From Mobula hypostoma (lineage: Eukaryota), in the NCBI RefSeq assembly GCF_963921235.1, contig NC_086108.1, positions 77,626,001 through 77,690,000 on the forward strand: DNA of 64,000 nt, read 5' to 3'. Both the position numbers and the translations under genes were made by a program. Shown here piece by piece: positions 63,020-64,000 of the stretch (positions within the stretch are counted from its first letter, which is position 1; each line of letters starts with the position of its first letter). The notes under the pieces were generated by a model. That model was given only the letters and a program-made list of their open reading frames with translations, was not told where the DNA came from and made no database searches.

Positions 63020-63334
63020 AGGTCGTGGCAAGGTTGGCATGGAGGTTGCTGCCTTGATGAACAAAGCAAGATCAAGGCAGCTCACAGGATGAGGAAGGAA
63101 GCAGAAAGCATCTCCTACTGGATATGAAGCAGGCAAGGGGAGTTGAGCTGGAAGTTAGGAGCGGATGAGCAGTGACTTGGCCACCACGGCTGACCCACCG
63201 ACTGGAGAGTGTAGTGGTTAAGGGCCAAAATACTCTATGAAGTTTGGGCATTACCTGACAGCATATGCTGCTGGCCAAAGGCTACAGTTACCTCATCCAG
63301 TAACTGCAGAGAGCACCCCGGTGTATGATGCAAT
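63020..63334 (+). mobile_element. 3' end of an RLE-type (HERO-like) non-LTR retrotransposon
   Basis: From 63071: IKAAHRMRKEAESISYWI*SRQGELSWK, resembling the AExASxWxW C-terminus of HERO-type ORFs, then a 3' UTR. Confidence 0.5.
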
Positions 63335-63900
63335 CTCCTAAAATATACTGGTCCAAATAGTTCACAAATTACGATTTCAGCCACTTACCTGCACCATTAC
63401 TAAGATCTCTGATTTCCACTCCTGTAACATTGTCCTAACCAGTCTCTCCTTCATCTGCTTCTATGACTTTCATCCTGAGCTTTGGTGTCTTTAAACTTGA
63501 CTATTACAATGCACATTTTTGGCCTACCTGTATGTTCTCCATTCCTGCCATGTCTTGATTCATATCAAGTGTAGTTTATCCATTACTCCAGAGTTCACTG
63601 AATGTATAGTCGGACTAATGCACGGTTTTTAAAATTCCCATCTTTTCAGGGTCCGTCAAGACCCACTCTTCCCTAACTTTGCAAATTTTTCCAGCTAGAC
63701 AAAGCTCAAAATACCTGTGTTCCTCAGACGCTGGCTTCTAGTTCATCTCCGAATTTAATCACTGCACCATTGTCAGCCTGCCAAACCCTAAAACCTGGAA
63801 TTTCATCATTAAGCCCTTTTAGCTTTCTACTCTGTATCTTTACCTATGAGTCATCTGTAAATGTATCATTTTAACCTCATCTTTCATCAGTTCCATTCAA
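63335..63900 (+). mobile_element. Old L2-clade LINE 3' fragment
   Basis: FGVFKLDYYNA (cf. SRLDYCN), ITP, CSSDAG, PKTWN remnants. Confidence 0.62.
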
Positions 63901-64000
63901 TTTTGTTATGTGGCCCAGGAATTTATTGTAGAGCTTGTTTTGAGGTTACTTGAAATGTCAGGGAAATTCCTGAATTCATTATTTCATTGTAATTTTTTTT

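Noticed and set aside
62828..63532. TRIM/LTR element interpretation of the direct repeats
   Set aside because: Repeats are L2 coding remnants, with no TG..CA termini, PBS or PPT
1..64000. Prokaryotic systems (CRISPR, operons, defence islands), rRNA or tRNA genes
   Set aside because: No repeat-spacer arrays or gene-dense organisation; tRNA-like boxes occur only as SINE heads

Overview
Eukaryotic, transposon-dense DNA that looks intronic or intergenic. It is most likely from a cartilaginous fish (ray/shark), an inference from the repeat repertoire: CR1 with (TTCTATGN)n tails, V-SINEs, a Deu-SINE-like copy, Rex1 and Penelope. Almost every protein-like ORF in the track is a decayed retroelement fragment or its antisense frame. 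The elements are a near-complete L1 (1-5060, -) split by a CR1, a Penelope element split by an internally deleted Gypsy LTR element, many CR1 and Rex1/Babar pieces, a near full-length R4/Dong (Rex6-like) element nested in a CR1, RTE, L2 and HERO-like fragments, SINEs and a Tc1-like MITE. No intact autonomous element and no identifiable host gene were found; a few minus-strand splice-site-bounded segments are possible small exons. The most interesting signals are RNA-level. Four short Penelope-derived units carry minimal hammerhead-ribozyme motifs and have their own 9-14 bp target-site duplications; one is a ~90-bp-arm fold-back palindrome. An ORF-less RTE-type 5'-UTR repeat has a 5' end that folds into an HDV-like ribozyme topology. 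The R4-type element has a pseudoknot-like GC-rich leader, and a HERO-like 3' fragment is flanked by an unusually long ~190-bp duplication. Family assignments come from motif recognition by eye and most boundaries are approximate.
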